In this document: one piece after another, positions 50,744 to 64,000 of the stretch | Layout: every line of letters starts with the position of its first letter | Numbering within the stretch: position 1 is the first letter of the stretch | NCBI GenBank assembly: GCA_043228905.1 | Contig: JBHGNT010000021.1 | Span: 7,254,001 to 7,318,000 of the forward strand | DNA: 64,000 nt | Source of the DNA: Azolla caroliniana | Lineage: Eukaryota; Plantae; Polypodiophyta | Reading direction: 5' to 3' | Translations under genes and position numbers: made by a program | Notes under the pieces: model-generated | The model's database searches: none | What the model saw: the letters and a program-made list of their open reading frames with translations, nothing else | Told to the model about the DNA's origin: nothing

Positions 50744-53700
50744 ATGCTAATTCTTGGGTTTTTTATTTTTATTTTTTTATCAGTTGCATATGTTGCAGAT
50801 ATTGGTAAATGCGTGATTAATTCTACCTCTCGAAACATACCATTATCTCCTCACAAATCAACTAGTGACATGGGAGGTATAAATCCATCTCTACTTACCA
50901 TCTACACCTTGGAAGCTCAAGCGTGTGCTACAGAAAACATGGATTTAGTCATCGCCCTCATGTCAAACCCCACAAAGATTTCGTCATCATCCAACTCCGA
51001 TAACAGCCATTACATTCTTTGGCTGAATATGGAGGGCAGTAACGACAGTGTCCCATTTTCTGATGTCAATAATGATACTATCATAGCTACTACAGGTGAG
51101 TGTTTAATAACATTCCTCTGCATACTATAAGTAAATTCAATAAATGTAAGATATATTCTTTGTCATTAAAATGTGGAGGTTCCTAATACATTTGTTTATG
51201 TTGGAAATGATATAATTATAGCCATGGCCACTCTATATGTTACAGGCATAGCCTCAGTAACCAATTCTAAAGGCTAATTCTATGGTTTTAAGGGTAGGAT
51301 AAGTGGGATGTGTAGAACATGTGTTAACACATGGTAGTTAAGGCGCCAAAGGAGTCAATGCTACAAAATGAACTAGCTACCCCCTTTTGACACGGCATCT
51401 AAACACTTTGTTGAGACTATGTTGTGGGCATAGCTTTTAAAACCATTTCTGAAGGCTAATTCTAATGGTTTTAAAGGTAGGATAAATAGGAAAGTGTTAT
51501 CCTAGAACTTGGGACAAATTCATAAGGGCATGGAACTAGCGGGAATAGATAAGTGTGTGGGAGCTGAATGAGTCAACTGTATAAAGAGAACTAACTACAC
51601 TCTTTGGCATGGCTTCTAAAGATGCTGTCGAGAGTCTATCAATGAGGCAAAGCTCTCTTATCTGATCCATCAGTTGGTTGACTTCCAAGGCATAATATAA
51701 GGCCATATTCGGTGGTATGGGATGCCAATGCCGTTTCTTGTCCTTTGTTGGGGGGTTGTTGTTCTGGTTGACCACCCTTTATTTATTTTTATTAATTTCT
51801 TATCATTAGTACAAGAATGTAATAGTGTTTGTGTGTATGTATGTTTTAATCTTCATTTTGACATATTTGTATATAACTAGTTACACTAATGCAGGTAGCC
51901 GAAGCCCATTTTTAGACAATTGTAAGCCATTCACACAACTTGAACAAAGTAAGTTCATTTTCTTTTTCTTCGTGGCATCTTTTTTTTCTGATGTATCATC
52001 GTTTACATAGGTGTGGTGGTACCTTCTTTTGCTTGCATTAGTAAGGATATGGTGTGTCAAATCGACCATTCTCAAACTCATGAATTTCTGAACCAAATGC
52101 AAAGTAATAAGCTCTCAATAAGAGTAAAAGGTAGTTGCACTGATAGTTACTTCTCAGCTTCATGCTTTACTTCACCATTGTGGTCTAGCCTTTGATCCAT
52201 AATCACACAGATCGGCAACATGGCAATCGTGACAGGTAGGTATATGTTCGAAATAAAATGTACACAATCCATTCAAAATGCAAAGTGGTTGTTTAATGGA
52301 TGGAAATGAGAAAGCCACAAGGATGCCACCTAAGAAAATGTACAAAACCTTCTGTGCCATGTAAATACATTAAAAAACTGTCCCGGTGGTCACATGTCAC
52401 CAGGATATGGATCCTCCTATGGGGGATGCCATAGGGAAATGTAGTTATGATGTGGGATGTCCCCAAGGCCATTGAATACGTCCAAATGCTATGACACACC
52501 TGTCCTCTGTTACTATGCAAGTTTGATCATTATTCATATAATAGTCAATTTGCTCATAGTTACTCTTTCTCTATAAGATTTCATTTCTCTCTTGGATTTG
52601 TTGCCATCTCTTATATGGTACTTGAGCTTGTATTGACCTTAATTTATCATCCAGGATCCCATCTTTACTTACATTTAGTTTTCTAAATTCATACATTCTG
52701 ATCATCAAGGTTTTCTTGAGACTTGGAGTATTTTTTTCTCTAGTGTCAAATTTCCCTTGTGCTATTTCGGCGAAGACAACTTGTGCGCTTTTAATGATTT
52801 CTCATTCATACGAAGTTGTAGTTTGTGAAGCAGAAATGGATGCCATTAATCCTTGGAATTGTCTTCTATTTAGGTGATTTTGAGTTCTTGTGACATTTAC
52901 GTTCTATATGTTTCCTTTTTTTTGCAAAGTTACATAGAATCAACAGTAGCCTATGGATGGCCAAGATCAAGAGATAAATGTACAGATCTAGGTTACTGCA
53001 GCAAAAGTCAAGATCAAGTTTCTATTTCTATAATGATCTATGAATGTTGGTACTATTATGCAAGACTAAGGTGAGGCCCATATGTATCAAATGATCCATG
53101 AACCCTTAGGCAAAATTAAGATGTGAATCTCAAATGATCTTTGAACATCTAGGCAAAACCAATAACAAGGTCATTGTGTCTAGACTCTGCAGTAATCTAT
53201 ATTGATGTAGCTTATCACTCTGCAGTTATACTATGCAATTCCAAAGTGAAGACAACGTATGTCTAAAATGATCTACAAAACTCCATACCAAAACAATCAT
53301 GAGACCCAATGTGTCTGGACTCTATAATCTTATCTGGATCTGGTTTGCTGCTTATCCCCAAGGTGAATGTGATCAAATATTCAACAATTGCTAATGCAAC
53401 TATGACAATGAGAAATATACTCACTTCTTTGCTCTAATTGTTTCAAATAAGAAGTTCGAACAGAAGATCATTTACATAACCTTGACCATGTATTGTTGCT
53501 TCTTTGAAAGAGCTGTGCAGTTTCCTATGTTATATAGGTTATATAGTACACAGTACATACACAGAATTTTAATACCAAATTATTCATGTCTTATAAATCT
53601 ATATCTATAGTCTTACGTTCGAAGCTTAGGGAAGTGATTGGTTTTTTTAATGCTTTTTGGCATGGCTGAGTTTGCACATCTCGTCACATAATCTGATGGG

Positions 53701-56700
53701 AAATCAGTTCATTGGTTATTTTACTAGACAATAAATGCTCTTGGGGCATTGATTACCCGTAGAGATGACAAAATGATACCTTGATTATGCCTAGTGAACG
53801 TGATGACATTGCAATTCTTGGTCTTGGATTTTGTGTTTTTTCACATGTTTTTATTCTATTTTCTTTATAATGTGTATTCTTTAATCCTTTCTTCCTTCCT
53901 TTTTTCTCAAATTATAATCTCAAACTTTATAGGGTTGTGTTTTCTTTCGTGCATTTTGAACTTTGAATTTATGCATAATTAATAACAAGCTCAGACTACA
54001 TAGGGCTGTGTTCTCCTTTTGTGCACTTTGGAGTTTGGATTTGTAGTGGTATTTATGCATAATTGAGTGAGTGCCTTCAACATGTGCGGTTATTGACCTC
54101 AGAGGTTCTTGTTTTTTTCTCACACATGGATCCTAATGCTCACAGAAGACACATGTCGCCAATCATATGCCTTCATCAAGGTTCGACTGTCTAAACATGA
54201 CACAACTATACCTTGGTATGTTGGTGTTTCATCTGTAGGAGTTTCATTTGACTACTCCTTGAAGGCATGGTGTACAACGGGTGAGGATTTTAATGCTTTT
54301 TAATGTTTTGGGATTGCAGACATACCACTTTTCTTCTGGCCAAAATATCTGCTTGGTTCTAATGTGGAGAAAATACAGGTGGTAGCGTGCATTCTCAGCT
54401 ATACAAGCCTTGTGTCAGTGTTGGAACATCAGGTTGTCTTAACATAAGAGAGGATTTTGGTTGCATACCAGGTAAACTTATGTTAAATAATCTAAGAAAT
54501 ATCTCCAAATAAACTAGTTTTTTTTTGTATTGCAATGATATTGTTTATTCTGCAGATCAGCTTTATTTGCCTTCAGATGAAACTGCCGTGGAGGTTCGAG
54601 ATATCACTTTGAACTCCGGAGCATGGCGATACTTCACATTTAATGTACAGACAAGCTTTTCTCTTTTGTTTTGTTGTATCTCACTGCTCGATAACAATGA
54701 TGATGATGATGCTTTACACTACATCGCTATATCTGATTCACATTGGCTGCTGGTATGCAGGTTTCCAGACCTCTCTCCCGGATACTAGTCGAAATATCTC
54801 GATCACATGGTGATGTTATGCTAATTCTGAAACCTGGAGAAAATAAGGGCTCCAAACAAGAAGCATTACCATCAGAGTTTGACGTTGACAATTATGCTGA
54901 TAAGGTGGGATACCAAAACAGACAAAACCATCACCATTACTATCTGATCGGAACCGGATTGTATTTCATTGGAATTTACAACAATGATGCGTGTGTCAAA
55001 GAACCATCGAAGGTCAACCTGACTATCTTGAGTGCATCTCCAAAAAGTTCTTCCTACTTGTGTCCAAGGAATTGCTCTTATCCAAATGGAAGATGTGTAT
55101 CAGATCTTTTGTGTGAATGTGCAGCCAACTATGGGGGCAAGTTTTGTGAAGGATGTATGGATGCTTTTTCTACATAATTTTTGTTGTTATATCATGCTTT
55201 TGCTTGGTTACAAAAAATGTTCATGCAGTGTGATTGAAGTAATGGCATGAAGCACTTTGTTGCTTTCGTATAAAGATAGCTCAAGGGTTGACACTGACAC
55301 ACCTTTTCTGTCTTGTTTGAAATTATGCAGCCCTAAAAACACCAAAGTCACAACAGAATTTATCGGGCTGGCTTCTTCCCGGACAAGTAGCATATTTTAA
55401 GGTTGAGCCCAATAGTAGCTTGTTAATGAAATTTTCTCATCCCAAAAATAACTTGATCTTGTTGGCAAGTGGTGGAACCTTTCCTACATTGATTAACCAC
55501 TCATTAGCTTACATCGGTAATGCCTCTGGTGATTTGGACTACCATCTTAATACAAAAACTCTCTTAGAGAGAGAGCTTATATTTGGAGTCTTCAATCTAG
55601 ATTATATCATTCATCAGACATCATTCTATGATATCATTCTGAATCTCCCTGGTATGTGATTTTTAATGTATTTTTTAATACCCACATTGTCAAGAAACAT
55701 TAGCTGTTTGGAAATTAATACAAGGGTGTGTGGATTTGCTTAGATTGGAAGGGACTCAGCACAAGAATGCTAATACTAGCTGCCATTTGCTCCTGTTTCA
55801 TTATGTTCTTTGCCATAGCCATTGTTGAGAGAGTCTTTCATCAGACCAATCCACAAAACGTGGGTGATCGTGGCGATAGAGGGGATGAGAATGTATAGCC
55901 TGTTGCACTTTGAATTTTCAGGAAAATTACTTTTGAAAGTTACATTCTTTTTACATTTGGTGATTGAATTGTCAGGTTTCTCGTGATGATGGACTTGACA
56001 AAGGGATTATCGAGAACTTTCCTAAAGTGCTATTCACAGCGGGCAATCTTGCAATCAATGAAACACAGTAAGATTCTCTCTCTTTTTGTATGCTATTGTT
56101 TTCAACCATTGGATTGTGTTGTAAAGCCATTTTTTTGGAGGAATTTGTTAATGTGCATGATTTCGATCTAAAAGATACAGCGGACTAACACGATATCAGG
56201 AGGCAATCATGTCAATGTATATTGTAAACATGCAAGTAACGGCACACAATAACTTCCTTCTTCTAAGAACTGTTAAGGAAGGTCATCATGCATATATATT
56301 ATTTTAGACATGCAAGCAATGAGGGACAATGATTTCCTTCAAAGAATTGATAAGGGCAACATTATGTTCTGAACTGATGTATTGTGGAGAAACTATTAGT
56401 TCGCATGCTCTTAGATACGATAAAACTGTGAAGAACTTGTGTAAACAGGTGAAATATACCTCTTTTTCAATAATGGACTCGTCAGGTTTGAACCCCTGAC
56501 CTGGATGCTATAAACCTTGTTAATCCCCAGTTAATCTAAGGTCATTAGGTCATGAATTATCTATTCTTCCATTACCTAGTGATTTTGCAAAACTCTACTA
56601 CTGTATGCAGTTGTGTATGCATTTCCGCAAATTGCATGTCCAATATGTATGTTATCTATCTGTTTGCAGGTCTATGTATCACATATCGATTTGGCAATAA

Positions 56701-56947
56701 ATTGTAAATGCAAATGCTTTTCACATTGTTATAAGTGGAATAAAGGTATCTGTATTCAAAACCTTCACCTCATATTATTTTCAGATGCTCGATATGCCTC
56801 GGTGATTACCATGATAAGGAAGAGTTACGAAGACTTCCATATTGTCGCCATCTTTTTCATGCGGACTGTGTGGACAAGTGGTTACTTCGAAGAGCGAGCT
56901 GCCCAGTTTGTCGGCTTTCTATACAATTTGCACAGGTTTCAGAGTGA
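50744..56947 (+). CDS. Type-I membrane RING-H2 E3 ligase with a large ectodomain containing an EGF-like module (ATL-type GLD + RING-H2), ~653 aa
   Basis: Proposed exons 50744-51095, 51895-51948, 52011-52130, 54146-54280, 54379-54471, 54556-54644, 54761-55154, 55331-55651, 55744-55892, 55976-56067, 56785-56947 (1962 nt, one open frame). Hydrophobic N-terminus, [73 protein letters not shown]-x15[10 protein letters not shown]10-CPVC. Exons 2-4 and the last few codons are less certain. Confidence 0.8.
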
Positions 56948-57716
56948 TAAAAAAGTGTGGGCTCAAAATACTGCCCTTTGAAAAAATTAAATGACTCAAA
57001 AAAGTGCTCAGTGAAGCAAATCCAAGCTATAGCTTGTGTGGGTACACCGTACAACAGATCACACGTCAAGTTGTTTCCGAAGCTTTTGAGATTGTAAATG
57101 ATGTTATAATGCAATCATCAATTGAAGAAGATTGCCACTGAACTAGTTTCAGATAAAGAAGATTTCAGCTCTTGCCTTGTAAGACACAAGTGGGTGGATT
57201 GAGTCCCACCCCTAGTTAAGAACTCAGTCGTTGGCATTACCTCTTCATTTGGGGGGAGCGCTCACTTATCCGTTAGCAGTATCATCTTCATGTTTCTTGT
57301 TATGGAAGGAGGCATCAGATATACCTCTTCTTACTTTTTGTATATATTAAATGCATTGTATAGAAATGTGTGTGACAAGTAGCAACTTGACATTTCTTGC
57401 ATGTGACATGATGTGCCTATTGTTTCCTATGTAATGTAAACCTACTTCTGTTTTTGTAGTTTTCATCATGCTATTCATGAAAAAGAGTTGGCATCATCAC
57501 ATGCGAAAGAGTTGGTTAGTACTCCTGGGAACTCTTGAAATAAAACGAAATGAAGATCTATTTAAGATGGCACAATTCCCTTTCCAAAAATTCCAAATGC
57601 TAGAGAGCTTGATCCTTCCAAACCATACCAAAATCCAACTTAATGTCTAAAAACTGCAATGACAGATCCAATGGGTTATGAAGGTGTTGAATCTTATTGC
57701 AAGCGAAAACATTTTG

Positions 57717-57880
57717 TATTTGTGTTGAATCGTTTTAGATGTTGCCAATGAAAGGCAAGGTGCCATTGTTCTTGGTTTTTATTTGACTAAATTACTTTGA
57801 GTATTTGTGTTCAATCGTTTTAGATGTTTCTATTTAAAGGCAAGGTGCCAGTGTTCTTGGTTTTTATTTGACTGAATTAC
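57717..57880. repeat. ~85-bp imperfect tandem duplication
   Basis: TATTTGTGTT.AATCGTTTTAGATGTT...GGTTTTTATTTGACT.AATTAC occurs twice. Confidence 0.9.
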
Positions 57881-58917
57881 ATTGATTCGCATAAGGTAGA
57901 GATATAACAAAAGAATGATTAGGGTTCCTATATTGTACCCAGATTAAGATGATAGATGTTTTGAGTAAAATCAATGATTCCTACATGATAATTAAATGCT
58001 ATATAATAGTATGTACATAATAAGATGATCATGTGTAAAATATAAACAAATCATTACAATTTATCACATAGTTTCAACGTTCATCATTATTGCATTTACG
58101 GATAATGATGAATAATGCATTTTTACATTCATCATTGCAACACCATGATAATGATCAATAATTCTTACTATTCATCATTGGATGGGTTTCGCCACAGTTG
58201 ATGGTCATGTAAATAGAGTAAAATATTATGTGTCCATAATCTTTGATCAAAAACAGAAAAGAGTAATCAAAAGAGACTTTTATTGAAAAATGCTTGTACA
58301 GAACAGAAAATTTCCAAATCTTTGATCACGATAATATTTCCAGCACTGAAATACCAAATAGCTGGCCCAATAAAAGATGCTCCAATCTTAGATCAGATCA
58401 CAAAAAGTCTCAAACGACTTGTATAAACACTGTGATGATGATGATAACAATCATTATAACATAACATTATCTTGTACAGAAAGGAATGGATTGACTTCAC
58501 CACAAATTTTAGAACGAAAAAAGAACTCATCATTTCTGTCATTCTTGATTATTACAATCTACTGAAATACATCAAACTATATAACAAAATACCATCTGAT
58601 CTTATCCATCTTGAAGTCTTTTTTTTCACAACACAAATCATTGTTTTTTCCCCTTGCAGCCTTTTCTGTTTCTTCAACCCTGTTGCATAACTTGCATATA
58701 CTAAGATAAGATAATGCTCACCTTTCTTTCTATCAATCTCTAGGAACTCCACCAAAATGATAAGGCTAGAAAATTTTATCAATCTCTAAGAACTCAATGA
58801 AAAGTATGAGGCTCAATTCCATATCATAGCATATGATATGCCTATCTATATGTCTACATATTTAGACATATCTATATGATATATTAGATATATATGTATG
58901 AATATATATATATATAT

Positions 58918-59364
58918 CTAATTCTTGAGCTTGATCAATGTTTTCTTCAACCATTTCATGACCTTCGATTTTGATCTATGAGTGTGGGGCAATACTTTGA
59001 TAGAGGCGGTTCCTATGCTCTTACTAGGGACACTTCCCACACTCTTGCTACGTTCTAACATAACCTCTATAGTTTCTAATTGCCCCTGTTTCTTCATATT
59101 CAAGATCATAGTTGAATCTTCTTCATCTGCTTGTTGTGATGATGATGATGGTTTTGGTTGTTGAGATGGAGGTTCTATTGCTGTTTTTCCTGCATTAATG
59201 ATTGGATCATGGTGGACCTTGGAGAGTGATCCTCCTCCTGTGAAATGATTAATGGAAACTTGATCTCTCTTTAGCCTCACAAGGACTCCATCTTCATTGT
59301 AGGTCCACGTGCTTCCTGATGATCCTTGCCTTCTGAAGGAAGTTCCTCTTGTCAAAGAAGCCAT
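58918..59364 (-). CDS. MAPK-substrate MASS / At1g80180-like small protein, 148 aa
   Basis: N-terminus MASLTRGTSFRRQGSSGSTW matches the family motif LqRSxxSFRRQGSSGxxW. ERSKS motif present. Intronless CDS. Confidence 0.8.
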   Translation of the reverse strand: MASLTRGTSFRRQGSSGSTWTYNEDGVLVRLKRDQVSINHFTGGGSLSKVHHDPIINAGKTAIEPPSQQPKPSSSSQQADEEDSTMILNMKKQGQLETIEVMLERSKSVGSVPSKSIGTASIKVLPHTHRSKSKVMKWLKKTLIKLKN

Positions 59365-62300
59365 TGAAAAGCTAGGGTTTAGGATATGGTTTCTTTTCTT
59401 CCTTGTGGATTGAATAAATATATGCAAAGAGTAGGCTACCTTAATGCATATGGCTATGGCTATAGATGTGATTGAATGTATAAGAAATGAAGGAGAAGGA
59501 AAAAAACAGGAGAGATATGGAAATGGTGAAATGAGAGAGAGGTTATGAAGAAAACCCTAAAGCTTTTGCTGGTGATTTTAATGGTGAAGAAAGGAAGAAG
59601 AAAAAGGCAGAGCATTAAACAGAGATTAATGAAGAGAGTGGAAGCATGGAGTAATGCTCTGTTTAAGGCTTGCAGGAAAACACACACATACACACAGAGA
59701 AATTATAGTAAAAATAAAACAAAGAGAGCTAATAAATAAACAAATAGGCGGAGATGAAAATGTTTATAAGAAAAAGAAAACAGAGATAAATACGAACAAA
59801 AAAGCAGAGGAAATAAAGAAAATAAAAGTAAAACAAAGGATGGAAGAAAAAGAATTAGATATGTTTTTAGATAACCGACTTGAAAATTCAGAACCCAAAA
59901 TTATATATACATATAAGTGTGTATATATTAAATTTATTTATTAGATATTATATTTTTCACCATAGCCATTTCCTACATTCACAACAGTAGAAAAAAAAAA
60001 GTGAGCATTTATATTCTTCTTCTATGCTTTCCTTTTCTCCATTTTTTTTGGGTTTTATGTTTTTACCATAGATAGACAGAGGGAAATGAAATTTTAATTA
60101 CTTCATTGATTTAAAGATTAGGCTTTCCTTTTCGAATTTGTTACTGAGAGCGAGTCGGTTTTTTTAATATTGATGATTCCCTCGATTTAGTAAGGCCTTC
60201 GTCTTTTCCGGATTTAATTAAAAATTGAATGAAAGAAGGGTTGGGAAGACATTGTCAGAATTGTTTTCTACAGTTTTTTGTTTTGTTTTCTTACTGTGTT
60301 ATACATATACATACACACAGAAAACGGAAATCTAGGCTTATGTTTTCTGTATTTTAAGATGGAACGGATAGTCGCGTGTACAGAATCCAGAACACAGAGA
60401 GACAGAGAAGTAAAACACGCACCCAAAAAAGCAAAAAACACAAACAAACAAAAATTACCCCCAAAAATTAAAGAGAAAATGGAAAAGATGGGGCAATTCA
60501 TTGTTGTTTACATTCTGTTATCCTTTCTTTTCTGTTTTTTTTTCATTTTACTTTTACCATTCTGAGAGAGAAGGGAAGGAGCTCGCCTCATCCATAGCCA
60601 CACACACACACACAGAGACCCGCCATGAAAGCAGAGATTGAGAAAAGCATAACACACAGAGATACACAGACAGACAGACAGACAGACAGACCAGAAGAGA
60701 AATTTCCCGCCTTTTTTTGGGCGGACGGTTTCACACTTGGGCGGGTTAACGTTTAATGGGTGAAGGCGGGGGGGGGGGGGGGCATATTGCTCGGGGCCAG
60801 TCGAGCTTCCGAAAGAAAGGAAACCGAACCCCGGCCGGATTACGTATGTATGTGTGTGTGTATATACTGTGTCTAGTTAGGAATGGATTTCTCTCCATTC
60901 GTACGTAGCTTGCGAATAGTTGAGAGCCATCTCCTGATCGATACCATTGTCTGTCACGTCAGATGAGAATCCTGCTAGATAACGCCACCTGACATGGCCT
61001 CCTGCAACAAGGTGCTTCACATGTTGTTTTGGTGTCATTGAGTACTACTGTGTGTTTGTATCGTATTGTGTATTGTATTGTGAATCGTGATGTAAATAGA
61101 TAGATGGATGGATAGATGCGTGTATGTTAAGGGGGGAGGTGGGGTTTGCTTTGTGGGTGCTTGGAAGAGAGGAGAGTGGGGGCTCGAAGGTTCTCCCCCG
61201 GGCCTCCGTAGCAATGTAATCTGGCTCGTGAATCATTATGAGATGACTACAAGATTCGCAAAGATAAAATAATAGTAGAACCATGAATCCATTGTAATGA
61301 AACGATGCTATGTAGCTTGACAAGCTCGATAAATAACGTGAATAGTTTTCCGTCTTGGTTAAAGTAAACTTCACGAATGCGAGACGTTCTCGGACAAATA
61401 GTTGGGAGTCTCTTTAGAAATGAAATAAAAGCGAACGGCATAAAAGATCCTATGGTGAATGGTGAACAATTTTATCCTCCCCTTGTTGGTAGAAAGCTAA
61501 ATAGGTTGAGTGCATCGTTAAAGGTTAAATATGACGATCATGTCAATTAGATGTTATTGGCAAATCACGAGATAATTGTTGAATTATGAATCATTGATTA
61601 TGCATGTTAAGTTGTGACATGGAGTATATATTGTAGACTAGGTAATGGAAATGACGCTTGAAATCATTTCTTCCCGCTTTGCTCCATGAATGAAGTTAAC
61701 AATTATACTCATTTGAAATAATGTTGCATTTAATTACCAAGGGGGAAACGGAAGCCTATTCTTCAGGCACATGAATGACAATAAAGTCATATTGTATGGT
61801 AAAGTCATCCAAATATGTATGTAGACTTTTTTTTTTTTTTGGAGGGGGGGGGGGGGGGGGGGGAGGAGGAGCTAGAAAGCAACCTTGGGTAGAAATGCTT
61901 ATCCAATGAGCTTAAGACAACAACAATTGGGAATTGGACAACGACATTTTCGAGTGTTGTTTTTGTTATGAAGGATGTAAAATCCTTTAATAGCGATAGG
62001 TTTAATGTCCTTGCAAATGTGAAGGACATTGATTCCAAATTTGGTGACAAGATGGTTGACTATTATGAACAATCCCGCTAATAAACATACACTGGTGATT
62101 GCATTATTCGATGGTCAAGTGAAGCAAGTACCGTCAACTTTTAAGAGTACTACTTCTAGGGTGTCCATGTGTTTTGTCGTGTCATTTTATGCTTCAAGAT
62201 CAGTGAAGCTATATTGGAGCATTGGCACCCATGAAGTTCCTATTGACTAAAAGGTTTGTCCTACCTACTTCACATATGACATAATATATGCCTTGTCGGT

Positions 62301-63532
62301 TCATTGGCATGAAGTTCAAGTGGGAAACACCATAGAGTTTGTGACACAAGCAAGAGAGGATGCCAATTACTATTGGGTGTGTCAATAGAACAAAGTAGCA
62401 AATTAAGGGAACCATCTTTCAAATCTCACTCTTACTCTAAAATAAACAATGAAAAATATATTAATTAAAGTGCTTTATCACTTTGTGTTAAAATTAGGAC
62501 AACACCTTAAATCATCGACCAACAACACACTTTAATTGCTTATTGGAAATAACTAATTGTGATCGTTTATAAAAGTTAGAGCTCAAACACTTAAGATAAA
62601 GCTTTAGAACTCAAGAAGAAGAAGAATTGCATTAAGGAAAAAATTGAGATCTCACTTCATTCGTTTGTTGTGGTTAGCAAATGTTGAAGTGGGCAATGTA
62701 GTTTGATGACGTTAAAAGATGATTATGTATTTCATCAAATTATGGTTTATTTGGCAAAACTTGCAAAGTAAGCATTGTTACAAGGATGTTTGCACGTGAA
62801 TACTAACATCAACCTCAGGCGAATTGGTGTTTGATGGGTGGATAACATTGCTAATTGTAAGTACAAATATGTTGTATGATCATTCTGTATCGCCACTTTC
62901 GTGGCTCGCATCTAAAGCACAAATGAGTGGAATGTAGACAAATATTGTGCAAAGTGGTGGATAAATGTACAACATAGTTGGCTTTCTCAATTGTCGTTTC
63001 ACTACAAGTTGTTCATTTCGAGAGCGATAGTTTAGGGCTTTAAGCTTGGCCCTTAAGAGGAGAGGATTGACACCAAGCACATGGTTCTTTTGTATTGCTC
63101 AAATGGAAGACAAAATACATTGATACGTTCAATGCCTTATTGCACTGGAAATTTGGAAATAATTATCAGAAATAAGAAAAGTTTCATCGTCGTGTTATAT
63201 GATGCCTAAAAAATGTATCTTTAGCCAATATGTGCAGGCGAGGAGATGGAATTTATGTTCCAATTTTTTAGGTATCAAGGTTTGCAACATGATTGTAATA
63301 TGTGTAGTGCTTTCATGTTTGATGGTAGACATGGTGGTGTAAATGTATACATTAGAAAATTGAAATGCCGGCTTTATAGCAACTGGGGATGCTAGAGCAG
63401 GTGGGGATTGTTTCATCATGTGGGTATTCAATTTTTTTATAGCATTGGGGAATGTCCCTATACCTATGTAGGGAACAAGGACAATAATATTTTAATGGTG
63501 GTTTTTACACAATTAACTTAGTTGTATGGTTT

Positions 63533-63535
<3 letters not shown>

Positions 63536-63605
<70 letters not shown>

Positions 63606-63617
63606 TGAGTGAGTGAG
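63536..63617. repeat. (GA)n(GT)n(GA)n microsatellite
   Basis: Directly visible. Confidence 0.95.
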
Positions 63618-64000
63618 GGAATAAATCTAAGGGGACAAAGTAAAAAGGCAAAAGTGAAGAAGAAACTTAATAGAGCAAGAAAGATAAGCTTTATCGTATT
63701 TTGCATTACTAGGCCCATTCACAATGGAGTGGCCAAAATGTCTTTTCCTTTTTATCTCTGCATTTAAACTTGTCCCTTTGGTATTGACATGGTTGGAAAA
63801 TGTATGGGATATAAAACGTACACCGAGTACTTTAACAAGTCAATCACCGCAAAAAAGATCCATAAAGTCTTTATCTTGTTAGGGTGTAGTCATTCTTGGA
63901 AATAGCCTTCTGTTGTTGAAGCTTGCAAGGTTGTGTCTTGGCAACAAACATATTGCTTGGATTTGCCAATGCCTCCTTTAGTATTTTTACATCTTATACA

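Noticed and set aside
52939-53070. Possible extra exon of the EGF-RING gene ([10 protein letters not shown]...YYYARLR)
   Set aside because: It has AG/GT ends, but its phase-2 exit does not fit the best downstream acceptor (54146). Left out pending transcript data.
61400-63450. Possible decayed transposase fragments (e.g. a TRWL motif near 62047)
   Set aside because: Short motif only; no continuous recognisable domain.

Overview
Eukaryotic land-plant nuclear DNA: AT-rich, with GT-AG introns, microsatellites and a PLS-PPR gene. A fern-like origin is my inference only. Six host genes are visible: the last two exons of a DsbA/Thioredoxin_4-like gene (+), an intronless PLS-class PPR gene (-), a 5-exon TBC1D5-like Rab-GAP (+), a 7-exon WAV2/ABHD13-like alpha/beta hydrolase (-) whose intron 5 is a 12.6-kb pile of Copia/LINE remnants, an ~11-exon gene for an unusual signal peptide-ectodomain-EGF-TM-GLD-RING-H2 E3 ligase (+), and a MASS/At1g80180-like small protein (-). 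At 36.2-47.0 kb there is a five-level nest of LTR elements; the four inner levels have exact 5-bp target-site duplications. The most unusual object is the third level, a gag-only Ty3/gypsy-type element. Its two outer 457-bp LTRs are inverted, and each is preceded, where a polypurine tract is expected, by a tRNA-Arg-derived sequence ending in CCA that is complementary to the element's own primer-binding site. Only the left copy retains the UCU anticodon arm. All exon boundaries and element boundaries were read by eye, with no searches run.
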